From Thermodesulfobacteriota bacterium (lineage in GTDB: Bacteria > Desulfobacterota_D > UBA1144 > Nemesobacterales > Nemesobacteraceae), in assembly GCA_965207685.1 (NCBI GenBank), contig OZ242294.1, positions 1,494,884-1,558,883 of the forward strand: a DNA stretch of 64,000 bases, written 5' to 3'. This document shows positions 29,948-40,498 of this stretch, one piece after another. The position numbers and the translations under genes are program-made. The notes below the pieces were generated by a model that was not told the origin of the DNA, searched no databases, and worked only from the letters and a program-made list of their open reading frames with translations. Within the stretch, counting starts at the first letter, position 1. Every line of letters starts with the position of its first letter.

Positions 29948-32770
29948 TTGAAGTTCATTAGCATAATCGGTGCGCGGGAGCACAATCTTAAGAACATAGA
30001 CGTCAAAATACCGAGGCGCAGCTTCACTGTTGTCACGGGAGTGAGCGGTTCGGGTAAATCTTCCCTGGTTTTTGACATACTTTTTGCCGAGGCGCAGAGA
30101 AGATTCATGGAGTCGCTTTCCTCCTACGCCAGGCAGTTTGTCGAGAAGCTTGACAAGCCGGATGTCGATTTCGTCGAGGGCCTTTCTCCGTCCGTTTCGG
30201 TCGATCAGAAGACCTTTCACAGAAACCCCCGCTCAACGGTCGGGACCATAACGGAAATATACGACTACATGCGCGTGCTTTTTTCCGTGGTCGGAGAGCC
30301 GCACTGCTACGAGTGCGGTGAGGAAATATCTTCCCAAACCCCCTCTAGCATGATTGAAAGAATCCGCGAGGAAGCAGGCAGAAAACCCGTGTCCGTATAT
30401 TCCCCGGTAGTTCAGGGAAGAAAAGGGATATACAGAAAAGAGCTTGAAGACATGAGGAGGGAAGGTTTCGTCAGGGTTAGAATCGACGGAGAGACCTATG
30501 ACCTTGGAGACGACATAGAGCTTTCCCGCAACAAAAAGCACACTATCGAACTTCTGGTGGACAATATAGCTTTGCGCGGGGAGAGTTCGGAAAAAAGGCT
30601 CTCAGACGCGGTCTTACTTGCGCTTAAAAGATCGGGCGGGCTTTTGAAATGCGAAATCGAAGGTGGAAAGGTTTTTACTTTCAGCGAACATTTTTCCTGC
30701 CCCCGCTGCGCGATAAACTACCCGGAGATATCCCCCAGGCTTTTTTCCTTTAACAGTCCCTACGGCGCATGCGTTAACTGCCAGGGGCTTGGATTCGAAA
30801 CGTTTTTCGATCCCGAGCTCATAGTGGAGGATTCTGGGAAGTCCCTTCGCGAAGGAGCGATCAAGCCGTTTGAGGATTCAAAGTACATTGCCCGGATACT
30901 CGAGGGACTCTCCGAGCATTACGGTTTCGCACTCGACGTCCCGTTTTCCCGGCTCTCCGCACTGCACAGACAAAAGATACTCTACGGTTCGGGGACGGAG
31001 AGAATAAGCTTCAGGAAGGCAAGGAGGGGAAGGCAAAAGGAATACACCGCGACTTTCCCCGGGATTGTCGGCATGCTCATGGAATGGTACTCGCAGACCC
31101 ACTCGGAAGAACTTCGGGAGAAACTCTCAAAGTACATGAGGACGGTTCCGTGCAGAGAATGCGACGGATCCAGGCTCAACAAGATTGCCCTTTTCGTGCT
31201 TTTCAGGGGAAAGAACATATCAGAGCTTGCTAGCATGGCGGTCTGCGATCTTGTCCCTTACTTCGGGTCGCTTGAACTTTCCGTGAGGGAGGAAAAGATC
31301 GCTGGGGAGGTAGTAAAGGAGATATCCTCCCGGCTCGGTTTTCTCGGGGACATAGGACTTGGCTACGTGAGTCTTGACCGCACGGCACCGACCCTTTCAG
31401 GCGGAGAGGCTCAGAGGGTGAGGCTCGCAACCCAGGTGGGATCGAAACTTACGGGAATAACGTACGTGCTTGATGAGCCTTCCATAGGACTTCACCCGAA
31501 GGACAACAGGAAGCTCGTTGAGACGTTAAAGGGCATAAGAGACATGGGCAACACCGTAATCGTTGTCGAGCATGACGAAGAAACCATAAAGAGCGCTGAT
31601 TTCGTGCTTGACGTCGGTCCGGGGGCAGGAGAACTCGGAGGCGAAGTTGTTTGCTCTGGAAGCGTCGGGAGAATCTCCCGGTGCGCCGGTTCGGTTACCG
31701 GAAGATACCTTTCGGGCAAAAAGAGGATCCCGGTGCCCGGCTCAAGACGCTCCTCCGGGACCCGGGTCGGGGTTCGAGGGGCTTTAGGGAACAACCTCAG
31801 GAGAATTGACGTTGATTTTCCCCTCGGAACATTCATATGCGTCACGGGAGTTTCCGGTTCGGGGAAAAGCACCCTCGTCGTTGACACACTTTATAATGGC
31901 CTGTCAAGAAAGCTTAGTCGCAGCAAAAACCGTGCTGCTCCACACAGAGAAATCATCGGCACCGAAAATCTGGACAAGGTCATTAAGGTTGATCAGAGCC
32001 CGATAGGCAGAACCCCGAGATCGAACCCCGCAACCTACACCGGCGTGCTCACCGAGATAAGAAAAATCTTCTCCATGCTTCCCGAGTCGAAGGTGATGGG
32101 ATACGGTCCGGGCAGGTTCAGCTTCAATCTCTCCCAGGGAAGCTGCTCGGGATGCAGGGGAAGCGGAACCGTCAGGATCGAGATGCACTTTCTTCCCGAT
32201 GTTTACGTCACATGCGAGGTATGCAGAGGAAGAAGGTACAACGACGAGACCCTGGCGATCAGGTACAAGGGGAAGAACATGTCGGACGTTCTTGATATGA
32301 CCATAGAAGATGCGGCGGATTTTTTCGAGAACATACCTAAGATTTCAGGGAAGCTCAGGGTGCTGAACGACGTCGGGCTCGGTTACGTAAGGCTTGGGCA
32401 GCGGGTAACCACTCTTTCCGGAGGGGAGGCGCAGCGCATAAAGCTTGCCAGGGAGCTTGGAAAGAAGGCATCCGGGAAAACCCTCTACATACTTGACGAA
32501 CCGTCGGTCGGGCTTCATTTTGACGATATACAGAAACTTGTTTCGGTAATACAAAGGCTCGTGGACCTAGGAAACACAGTGGTTGTGATAGAGCATAATC
32601 TTGACATCATAAAGTGTGCGGACTATGTGATTGATCTTGGTCCCGGGGGCGGAGAAGACGGAGGAGAGCTTGTGGCCTGCGGCACTCCAGAGGAGATATG
32701 CGGGGTAAGCGGTTCGCACACGGCTTTTTATCTTAGAGGTGTTCTAGAAAACGGGGTTGCGGGGAGCTAG
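29948..32770 (+). CDS. uvrA: Excinuclease ABC subunit A
   Basis: GAREHNLKN, two GVSGSGKS, two LSGGEAQR, Zn fingers. Confidence 0.98.
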   Translation: MKFISIIGAREHNLKNIDVKIPRRSFTVVTGVSGSGKSSLVFDILFAEAQRRFMESLSSYARQFVEKLDKPDVDFVEGLSPSVSVDQKTFHRNPRSTVGTITEIYDYMRVLFSVVGEPHCYECGEEISSQTPSSMIERIREEAGRKPVSVYSPVVQGRKGIYRKELEDMRREGFVRVRIDGETYDLGDDIELSRNKKHTIELLVDNIALRGESSEKRLSDAVLLALKRSGGLLKCEIEGGKVFTFSEHFSCPRCAINYPEISPRLFSFNSPYGACVNCQGLGFETFFDPELIVEDSGKSLREGAIKPFEDSKYIARILEGLSEHYGFALDVPFSRLSALHRQKILYGSGTERISFRKARRGRQKEYTATFPGIVGMLMEWYSQTHSEELREKLSKYMRTVPCRECDGSRLNKIALFVLFRGKNISELASMAVCDLVPYFGSLELSVREEKIAGEVVKEISSRLGFLGDIGLGYVSLDRTAPTLSGGEAQRVRLATQVGSKLTGITYVLDEPSIGLHPKDNRKLVETLKGIRDMGNTVIVVEHDEETIKSADFVLDVGPGAGELGGEVVCSGSVGRISRCAGSVTGRYLSGKKRIPVPGSRRSSGTRVGVRGALGNNLRRIDVDFPLGTFICVTGVSGSGKSTLVVDTLYNGLSRKLSRSKNRAAPHREIIGTENLDKVIKVDQSPIGRTPRSNPATYTGVLTEIRKIFSMLPESKVMGYGPGRFSFNLSQGSCSGCRGSGTVRIEMHFLPDVYVTCEVCRGRRYNDETLAIRYKGKNMSDVLDMTIEDAADFFENIPKISGKLRVLNDVGLGYVRLGQRVTTLSGGEAQRIKLARELGKKASGKTLYILDEPSVGLHFDDIQKLVSVIQRLVDLGNTVVVIEHNLDIIKCADYVIDLGPGGGEDGGELVACGTPEEICGVSGSHTAFYLRGVLENGVAGS

Positions 32771-32773
32771 AGA

Positions 32774-33577
32774 TTGGAGATAGCGCAGTCGATAGTTCTC
32801 GGCCTAATACAGGGGATAACCGAGTTTCTTCCCGTAAGCAGCACCGCTCACCTGTTTCTGGTTCCATGGCTTTTTTCCTGGCAGGATCAGGGTCTGCCTT
32901 TCACGGTGGCCCTTCACGTAGGAAGCCTCTTTGCGATCCTTTACTGCTTCAGGGGAGAACTTGCGCTTATCATACGGGATTTTCTCTGCGGCTTGAGGTC
33001 TTTTTCGTTTGAGGAGCACCAACATGGAAAAACCGGAGTCTACCTTGTGATCGCTACCCTGCCTGCTGTTACGGCCGGGTTTTTGTTCGAGGGCTATGCC
33101 TCAGGCGTGCTTCGCGACCCTGTTCTGGTTGCCGTCTTTCTTCTTGGTTTCGGGGTGCTTCTTTACATCTCCGACAGAAAAACGACCGCGAGTAAGACTC
33201 TTTCTGACATGAATCTTGCCGACGCGCTTTTTTTCGGCGTGGCTCAGGCCTTTGCGATTCTGCCAGGAGCTTCAAGAGCGGGCGTTACGATTACCGGAGG
33301 GCTTTTCAGAAACTACAAAAGAGAGGAAGCCGCGCGGTTTTCATTTCTTCTGGCCATACCTGTCATAGTTGCGGCCGGGGTTTTTGAGATAAGGCATCTC
33401 GGGTATGCGGATATGTTCCGATGGTCTTTCGCTCTCGGAGTTGCGACTTCTTTTATCTCGGCGCTTTTCGCTATCCGGTTTCTGCTCGGTTACGTGAGGA
33501 CGAGATCATTTACTCTTTTCGTTGTCTATAGGGTGGTTTTTTCCGGTGTTATAATTGCGGTGTACTTATGGACGTAG
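32774..33577 (+). CDS. uppP: Undecaprenyl-diphosphate phosphatase
   Basis: QGITEFLPVSSTAH, PGASRAG, ARFSFLL. Confidence 0.96.
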   Translation: MEIAQSIVLGLIQGITEFLPVSSTAHLFLVPWLFSWQDQGLPFTVALHVGSLFAILYCFRGELALIIRDFLCGLRSFSFEEHQHGKTGVYLVIATLPAVTAGFLFEGYASGVLRDPVLVAVFLLGFGVLLYISDRKTTASKTLSDMNLADALFFGVAQAFAILPGASRAGVTITGGLFRNYKREEAARFSFLLAIPVIVAAGVFEIRHLGYADMFRWSFALGVATSFISALFAIRFLLGYVRTRSFTLFVVYRVVFSGVIIAVYLWT

Positions 33578-33635
33578 GAGGGGAAAAAGCGTAAAGATTT
33601 ATGGATAGCAATCGGTGGTTTCGGATCCGGTCATG

Positions 33636-34616
33636 TTACCGAGAAACGGTTTTTCTAACCGCCTGCAGAACCGCTTCATGGATAGCACCGTTTGTCGCTA
33701 AGATTCCCTTATTCTCGAAGAGTTTTTTACCAACGGAGAAATCAAGCGGTTTACCTGAGGAGTCGGTAACGGTTCCTCCGGCTTCTTTGACTATTATGTA
33801 TCCTGCGGCGTGATCCCATATGTTTTCCTTGTAGTCTTTTCGTGGAGGGGGACGAAGGTAAATGGAAGTATTCCCTCTAGCCAAGACGGCGTATTTACAC
33901 TGGCTGTCCATTCTTACGGATTTTGCGCTTATATCGAGAAAGCGGGCGATTTTCCCCGAAAATTCATAGGATGAATCCGGGGCTTCAACCGATTCGCACA
34001 TAACGGAGTCCGAGGCTCTCTCGACGCCCGATACCGAAATGCGCGTCCGCGGACTTCCCCAAAGCCCGAACTGGTAGGAACCTTGTCCCTTCTCGGCGAA
34101 AAACACAAACCCCTTTTTTCCGCCCGCACTGTTGCTGGTATCCGGTCCCAGTTCAGGACACCCTAGGATTCCGAGAACTACTTCCCCGTCCTCAATAAGC
34201 GCGAGTGCGATCGCGTACTGGCGTTTCGCAAGAAGACCTCTTGTTCCGTCAATCGGGTCAAGCGTCCAGAATCTACCGTGGTTCCCACCCCCGTGATTTC
34301 CCCTGTCGATTGCACGGAATATTTCGTCCGGACTTTTTTCGGGCAGAAATTTCTCAAGGTGTCTTCTGAGTTTTTCTCCGCAACTGCCCTCGAGACAAAA
34401 CGAGGTTTCCTCGGCGACTATGGGAATTTCAGGAAAAGCGGCTGTGAGTTCTTCGTTTATTAACGCCTGCACGAAGAAATCCGCGGGAGTGACCGGGGAA
34501 CCATCCGTTTTGTAAAGTGCTTCGCGGAACTCAGGTTTCCCGCTCATTTTTGCGCAGACCTTCGCCGCTTTTGTTACTGCTTCCAGCCCTACCTTTTTCT
34601 CAAGTTCAAAGCCCAT
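33636..34616 (-). CDS. 3'(2'),5'-bisphosphate nucleotidase, HAL2/SAL1-type
   Basis: SPVT.ADF, WTLDPIDGTRG, DSQCKY, ENIWDHAAG. Confidence 0.9.
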   Translation of the reverse strand: MGFELEKKVGLEAVTKAAKVCAKMSGKPEFREALYKTDGSPVTPADFFVQALINEELTAAFPEIPIVAEETSFCLEGSCGEKLRRHLEKFLPEKSPDEIFRAIDRGNHGGGNHGRFWTLDPIDGTRGLLAKRQYAIALALIEDGEVVLGILGCPELGPDTSNSAGGKKGFVFFAEKGQGSYQFGLWGSPRTRISVSGVERASDSVMCESVEAPDSSYEFSGKIARFLDISAKSVRMDSQCKYAVLARGNTSIYLRPPPRKDYKENIWDHAAGYIIVKEAGGTVTDSSGKPLDFSVGKKLFENKGILATNGAIHEAVLQAVRKTVSR

Positions 34617-34659
34617 CTGTATCAGATTCTGTGTTTTAGGACAAAACTGCGGCGATTTT

Positions 34660-37053
34660 TCAGGTATTTGCTACGAATATCGGGCTCTCCGGAGAAATTT
34701 CAAAATCGGATCCCGCATGGGAAAGAGCTATTCCATCTCCATTTTTAAGCGTGTATCTGGTTTCCGAGTGGTTCAGGTCCACCTCTATCAGATTGTCCAA
34801 GATTGAGACAGAAAAACTGAGTTTCAACATTTCCTCAGGCAGGTTGGGGATAAATTCGGGTTTTTCTCCGGTATTGGCGAGCCCGGCGAATCCGAACACG
34901 AACATCATCCACGTTCCTCCCATGGAGGCTATGTGACAGCCGTCAACGGTGTTTCGCCCCATATCTCCCAGATCCATGAAAACCGCGTTTTCAGCATATT
35001 CCATTGCCTTGTCCATGTGTCCGACCTTGGCGGCAACTATTCCCTGTATGCAGGCGGAAAGTGAGGAGTCTCCCGTGGTGAGAGGGTCGTAGTAATCAAA
35101 GTTCCGTCTTTTTTCTTCCTGCGAGAACTCCTTTTCGAGGAGGAACATCGCAAGTACGAGATCCGACTGCTTGACTATCCTGTGGCGGTAAATGACCAGC
35201 GGGTGGTAGTGGAGCAGTACGGGATACTTGTCTTCCGGGACATCTTCAAAATCCCATTTTTCCTTATTGAGAAAATAGTTGTCCTGAGGGTGTATTCCGA
35301 GTTTTTCGTCATACGGTATGTACATACGCTCGGCGGCTTTTTTCCAGTCCTCTATTTCCGAGATACGGAGGTTGGTTTTGTGGGCAAGGCTTTTAAAAAG
35401 TTCGGGCTCGGTTTCCTCGAATTTTTCAACCGTGGCCGCGGCGAGTTTTAGGTTCTCGCGGGCCATGAGATTAGTGTAGGTGTTGTTGTTTACCACGGTG
35501 TTGTACTCGTCCGGGCCGGTAACGCCGTGTATTTCGAATTCCCCTTTTCCCGAGTTTGAGTAGAATCCAAGATCGCTCCAGAGCCTCGCCGTTTCAATCA
35601 GGATCTCCGCCCCGTACTTGGAGACAAAATCAAGATCTCCCGTGACGTTGACGTATTTTTTGAGTGCATAGACTATGTCGGCGTTTATATGGTACTGTGC
35701 GGTTCCCGCAGCGTAATAAGCTGAAGCCTCTTCCCCGTTTATGGTCCTCCAAGGAAACATCGCTCCTTTCTGGTTGAGTCTTCTTGCGTATTCCCTAGAC
35801 TTGTCAAGCATGCTGTAGCGAAACTTTAAAAGGTTCTCAGCGATAGTGGGCGAAGTGTAGATAAGAAAAGGCATTAAGTATATCTCCATGTCCCAGAAGT
35901 AATGGCCGTCATATCCCGCTCCGGTAAGACCCTTGGACGGCACTCCGGCTCCTTCAACCCTTGCCGACGACTGGTACATCTGGAAAAGGCTGAATCTTAT
36001 TGCCTGCTGGAAGGACACAGTTCTCTCATCGCTGTCCATTTCCACGCATACGTCGCTTCTTTCCCAGAACTTGTCGAGATACTCGCGCTGTCCCTCAAGC
36101 AGATCCGAAAACCCGAACTTCTTGGCTCTTTTAAGGCTCCTCCTAGCCCTCTCTCGAAGTTCCTCGTTTGTGTGCGGTGCGGTTCTCGTGGTGTGATAGG
36201 TCATGTACTTGGTAAGAGTTATCGGTTCTCCCTTTTGGGCGTCAACCATGAAAACTACTTTTCCTCGGTCATCTGTCGCCCTGCTTGTATAGGAAAAATC
36301 ACAGTTAGTCTCAAGCGTGTGCTCGATCCCCGATGTTATCGTCATCTTGCTGTTTCGGGTCGAGTGGCAGAGAATCACGCTTTTGTCCTGCACGTCATTC
36401 AGGCAGGGTTCAAGGACCCGGTGCCCAAGCCTGCTGGCCCTTCGCGGATCTCCTCCGTTTCCCTGTACACGCTGTTCCTCGCTTTCTTCCGCATAGTTCT
36501 CGTGGTCAATTATTTCCGAAGATATGATTACGGGGGCCTTGTCGTTGAGAACCGTTACTTCGTAGGATATGGCGGCCAGGTGGCGGTGTTCCATGGAAAC
36601 CAGTCTTTTTGATCTTATCGATATCTGTTTGCCCGAGAACATTTCCCATATGAGATTTCTTTCTACCACGCCGTTTCTCATGTCGAGGAAGCGCTCGAAG
36701 TGAAGCAGGGTCGCGGTCGGCAGGTAAAAGGGCTCGTCGTCCACGTAGAGCTTGATTATCTTTGAGTCCGGAACGTTTACTATGGTCTGTCCCATCTTCG
36801 TGAACCCGAATGCTTCCTCTCCGTATATGATAGGCCACGTTTCGTAGAAGCCGTTTACTATGGTGAAGTTCTGGTAGTTCGGGTTTCCCTCTTCGAAGGC
36901 ACCCCGCATTCCTATGTAGCCGTTTGAGGTGCAGAAGATGGTTTCCGCGAGGCCGATTAATTCGGGATAAAACTGCTTTTCTGTTATTCTCCACGGATCC
37001 GGCGGATATATGTGCTGTGCCGCGTATATGCCTTTTCTCTCTCTTTTTATCAT
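34660..37053 (-). CDS. Glycoside hydrolase family 65 phosphorylase (trehalose/maltose/kojibiose-type)
   Basis: SNGYIGMRG, KGLTG.GYDGHYFWD, GPDEY, KQSD, GDSSLS. Confidence 0.93.
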   Translation of the reverse strand: MIKRERKGIYAAQHIYPPDPWRITEKQFYPELIGLAETIFCTSNGYIGMRGAFEEGNPNYQNFTIVNGFYETWPIIYGEEAFGFTKMGQTIVNVPDSKIIKLYVDDEPFYLPTATLLHFERFLDMRNGVVERNLIWEMFSGKQISIRSKRLVSMEHRHLAAISYEVTVLNDKAPVIISSEIIDHENYAEESEEQRVQGNGGDPRRASRLGHRVLEPCLNDVQDKSVILCHSTRNSKMTITSGIEHTLETNCDFSYTSRATDDRGKVVFMVDAQKGEPITLTKYMTYHTTRTAPHTNEELRERARRSLKRAKKFGFSDLLEGQREYLDKFWERSDVCVEMDSDERTVSFQQAIRFSLFQMYQSSARVEGAGVPSKGLTGAGYDGHYFWDMEIYLMPFLIYTSPTIAENLLKFRYSMLDKSREYARRLNQKGAMFPWRTINGEEASAYYAAGTAQYHINADIVYALKKYVNVTGDLDFVSKYGAEILIETARLWSDLGFYSNSGKGEFEIHGVTGPDEYNTVVNNNTYTNLMARENLKLAAATVEKFEETEPELFKSLAHKTNLRISEIEDWKKAAERMYIPYDEKLGIHPQDNYFLNKEKWDFEDVPEDKYPVLLHYHPLVIYRHRIVKQSDLVLAMFLLEKEFSQEEKRRNFDYYDPLTTGDSSLSACIQGIVAAKVGHMDKAMEYAENAVFMDLGDMGRNTVDGCHIASMGGTWMMFVFGFAGLANTGEKPEFIPNLPEEMLKLSFSVSILDNLIEVDLNHSETRYTLKNGDGIALSHAGSDFEISPESPIFVANT

Positions 37054-37071
37054 CCCTGCCCTCCTCGCACG

Positions 37072-37887
37072 CTACTCCCCGAGTCCGAATTCCCCCAGGT
37101 CTCTGACGACCATGTCCGCTCCGTTTGAGAAAAGTTCCTCTTCGTTTTGCTTCCTCGCTACGCCGATTACCAGCACGAAACCCCCACTTGCTCCTGCCGC
37201 TACTCCTGCCGCCGCATCCTCGATAACGATACTCCTTGCGGGCTTGGTTCCTAGAGCCGAGGCGGCTTCAATAAACGTATCAGGTTGCGGTTTTCCCCGA
37301 AGACCTTTTTCGACTGCCGTCACCCCGTCCACCGTTACCTCGAAAAGGTCCTCTATTCCTGCGGCCGCCATTACCGCCCGGCAGTTTCTGCTTGAAGATA
37401 CGACTGCCAAGCGAAACCCGGCTTCCTTAAGATGGCGCGCTAGCGCGACGGATGTCTCGTAGAGTCCGGGCGACTCTTTTTCGAGGGTTTCCGTGAACAG
37501 TTGGTTTTTCCTGTTCCCGAGCCCGAAAACTGATTGCTCGCCCGGAGGGGAGTTTGTGTCGCCCTCAGGAAGTTCTATTGCGCGGGAGAGCAAAAAGCTG
37601 CGCACTCCCTCATAACGGGGTTTGCCGTCGACATGCTCAAGGTAGTCGTCCGTTTCGTTGAAGGGAGCGAAGTCCTCGCCCTTCTTGCCTGCCCAGCCAC
37701 GAAGGAACTCATCAAATGTCTTTTTCCAGCAGGCCGAGTGAATTTTTTCAGTCGTGGTAATTACTCCGTCAAGATCGAAAAGAACCGCATCGCAGTTGTT
37801 TTTTGAGAAGACGCTTTCTCCGTTCAGAATTTCCGTCTTAAGAGCGTGTGTTTTCATATCCGTTTTCCGAAGAGGGATTTCACCCAC
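37072..37887 (-). CDS. beta-phosphoglucomutase family HAD hydrolase
   Basis: FDLDGV, DGKPRYEGV, GKPQPD, IEDA; adjacent to GH65; start uncertain. Confidence 0.9.
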   Translation of the reverse strand: MGEIPLRKTDMKTHALKTEILNGESVFSKNNCDAVLFDLDGVITTTEKIHSACWKKTFDEFLRGWAGKKGEDFAPFNETDDYLEHVDGKPRYEGVRSFLLSRAIELPEGDTNSPPGEQSVFGLGNRKNQLFTETLEKESPGLYETSVALARHLKEAGFRLAVVSSSRNCRAVMAAAGIEDLFEVTVDGVTAVEKGLRGKPQPDTFIEAASALGTKPARSIVIEDAAAGVAAGASGGFVLVIGVARKQNEEELFSNGADMVVRDLGEFGLGE

Positions 37888-38028
37888 GGCATTTTTGCTG
37901 CGGATTAATTATACAGCATATTCCCCGCGAAAAACCACACAGAACGCAGCCGGGTCCTTTGATACTTCTACGGGGCATTTTTGAAATTGAATTCTTTTTA
38001 TGATAGGTTCATAACTCCTTGTGAGTTT

Positions 38029-38104
38029 GGCCCCATCGTCTAGGGGTTTAGGACGCAGCCCTCTCAAGGCTGAAACACGGGTTCGAATCCCGTTGGGGCT
38101 ACCA
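38029..38104 (+). tRNA. tRNA-Glu(CTC)
   Basis: GGCCCCA/TGGGGCT acceptor, CAGCC-CT-CTC-AA-GGCTG, GGTTCGAATCC, CCA. Confidence 0.96.
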
Positions 38105-38270
38105 GTTCCATTTTCTTTTGACGGAGTCTTCCGTACTTTTCGTGTCTTGTATCAGCGACGGTGAAAAAAGCTGTCTGGGAATTGACGCAGCTACCCATGA
38201 TGTTTTAAACTAACCTTGAGATTGCTGGCGCTTGTCGCTCGCATAAATAAACATACCAAGGAGGGGTAAA

Positions 38271-39041
38271 ATGAAACTTGAGGGTAAATCTGCGATAATC
38301 ACCGGTGGCAGTCTGGGAATAGGACAGGTCACGGCGCTTCTTTTTGCAAATGAGGGTGCGAATGTTCTTATAACCGGCAGAACTGAAAGCACTCTTGTGG
38401 AGGCTGCGGAGCTGGCCAAGGATTCTCCCGGCAGCATAGAGTATCTCGTAAGCGACGTGTCGAAGGAAGAGGACTGCAAGGAGGCTGTGGAGCACGCCAT
38501 AAAGCTTTTCGGCAAAATCGACATACTGTTTAATAACGCCGGGGTGCTTCCTCTCTCAATTACTCACGAGACATCCATTGAAGACTGGGACCAGGTGTTT
38601 GCCATTAACGTAAGGGGCACCTTTATGATGTCCAAGTTCTCGATTCCACATATGATCGAGCAGGGTGGAGGCACAATAATCAACAATTCCTCCATACTGG
38701 GAATTAAAGCCATACCGGGTACCGCTGCATATAATTCCACCAAAGGAGCGGTGTCGCAGCTCACAAGAAGCATGGCTCTTGAGTACGGGGCAAACGGCAT
38801 CAGAGTGAACGCCATAAATCCCGGCACTACCTTGACTCCGATGGTACAGGCTTTTCTTGACAATTCGCCCCCTGAGCTTGATGCATATCTGAAGGGACTT
38901 CAGCCTATAACCGGGCACTTGGGCCGTTTCGCGACTCCTGAGGAAATGGCGCACGCGGTGCTTTTCCTCTGCGACAGCGAAAACGTGGCGTATATGACGG
39001 GAGCGGAGCTTTCCGTTGACGGCGGGTGGATAGCTAACTAG
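38271..39041 (+). CDS. Classical SDR oxidoreductase
   Basis: TGGSLGIG, NNAG, YNSTK, VDGG. Confidence 0.95.
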   Translation: MKLEGKSAIITGGSLGIGQVTALLFANEGANVLITGRTESTLVEAAELAKDSPGSIEYLVSDVSKEEDCKEAVEHAIKLFGKIDILFNNAGVLPLSITHETSIEDWDQVFAINVRGTFMMSKFSIPHMIEQGGGTIINNSSILGIKAIPGTAAYNSTKGAVSQLTRSMALEYGANGIRVNAINPGTTLTPMVQAFLDNSPPELDAYLKGLQPITGHLGRFATPEEMAHAVLFLCDSENVAYMTGAELSVDGGWIAN

Positions 39042-39067
39042 GGAAACAGTTTCTGTTCCAGAACCCG

Positions 39068-39364
39068 TCAATCGGTATCTGTATCTGTAAGGGTTATATC
39101 CGCAAGGGGTCCGTACGCGGCGGAGAGGGTTTTTCTTATAAAGACTTCGGGATCGTCCGTTTCGGCTTCCACTAGAATTTCTCCGCGGCTCTCAAGAGAG
39201 CCCCGAAAATCTCCGGCAGGAGGATTCTCATTTATCTCGCATGTCGAACTGTTCAGGATAAAGAGGACCTCCGCCTTATTCCCGTTTCTCACCTCGCAGT
39301 CTATTGACACTATCCCCTCCGGGATCTCTATGTCGGCTACGTACCTTGAGATTTGTTCCTGCAT
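39068..39364 (-). CDS. Hypothetical protein
   Basis: Fills the gap directly downstream of ispH on the same strand. Confidence 0.6.
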   Translation of the reverse strand: MQEQISRYVADIEIPEGIVSIDCEVRNGNKAEVLFILNSSTCEINENPPAGDFRGSLESRGEILVEAETDDPEVFIRKTLSAAYGPLADITLTDTDTD

Positions 39365-39375
39365 TTTGGGTAGAT

Positions 39376-40317
39376 TCAGCTTGTTGAGAATTCAAGCGAA
39401 TGTGGAAAGGGGAATTTTGTAGACTCCTCCTTCAAGCTGAACTCTTCAAAGGTGGTTGCTCCCAAATCCTTCAGCTTTGCGAGCAACTCTTCGATTATAA
39501 CCTCGGGAGTTGACGCGCCGGAGCTTATACCCACGGTCATGTTCCGCTCAAGCGTTTCCACGCCGCCGAGCCCTTTTGTATCTTCAATCAGATAGGCTTC
39601 TTTTACGCCGCACGATTTTGCGACTTCGACCAGCCTGTTTGAGTTTGAGCTCTCGGGTGACCCCACGATGAAAATGACGTCTGAGATCTCGGCGAGTTCT
39701 TTTACGGCGTCCTGGCGGTTCTGGGTGGCGTAGCAGATATCGAGCTTGGAAGGCTTCGCGATCTTCGGAAAGCGCCTTTCAAGTGCCGCCACTATTTCTT
39801 TTGTGTCGTCGACGCTGAGAGTAGTCTGCGTCACGTAAGCTACTTTTTCCGGGTCCGGGACGTTAACCGAGAGGGCCTCGCTTACCGATTCCACAACCAC
39901 AACGCTGTCCGGCGCCTCGCCTTTCGTTCCTATGACTTCTACGTGATCCCTGTGGCCTACGAGTATTATCGTGTACCCCATTTCGGAGTAGTGCCTTACT
40001 TCGTTGTGGACCTTGGTTACGAGCGGACAGACGGCGTCCACTATCTGGAAACCTCGTCTTTTGGCTTCGTCGATAACTGCGGGACTTACGCCGTGGGCAC
40101 TGAAGATGACTCGCGCCTCGGGATCGTTGATTTCATCGAGTTCCTCGACGAAAACGGCGCCTTTTTGCCTTAGGGAATCCACTACCCTTTTGTTGTGCAC
40201 TATGGCGTGGCGGACATAGATAGGGGGACCGTACATCTCAAGGGCTCTTTCGACTATTTCGATCGCTCTTTCAACTCCGGCGCAGAATCCTCTGGGTTTA
40301 GCGACTACGACTCGCAT
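39376..40317 (-). CDS. ispH: 4-hydroxy-3-methylbut-2-enyl diphosphate reductase
   Basis: RGFCAGV, IVHN, SAHGV, CPLV, ICYATQNRQ, SSNS; start moved to ATG 40317. Confidence 0.97.
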   Translation of the reverse strand: MRVVVAKPRGFCAGVERAIEIVERALEMYGPPIYVRHAIVHNKRVVDSLRQKGAVFVEELDEINDPEARVIFSAHGVSPAVIDEAKRRGFQIVDAVCPLVTKVHNEVRHYSEMGYTIILVGHRDHVEVIGTKGEAPDSVVVVESVSEALSVNVPDPEKVAYVTQTTLSVDDTKEIVAALERRFPKIAKPSKLDICYATQNRQDAVKELAEISDVIFIVGSPESSNSNRLVEVAKSCGVKEAYLIEDTKGLGGVETLERNMTVGISSGASTPEVIIEELLAKLKDLGATTFEEFSLKEESTKFPFPHSLEFSTS

Positions 40318-40498
40318 GTCACCGTAGATGATAACGCCGTGACAACGCAGGTCAAGCAAAACGGCTTTCCGGTTAACATGGGGAAGATCGGGCTGTAACC
40401 ACAAGCACGGCACGTGTTTGCCGGGTATGCTTTATCCCGATTATTCTCGCCGGAGCGATATAAAGGCACGGCACATAACACAAAGGAATTTTCAAGCT

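Noticed and set aside
38029-38270. Integrative element at tRNA-Glu
   Set aside because: No integrase and no duplicated tRNA 3' end found in the window
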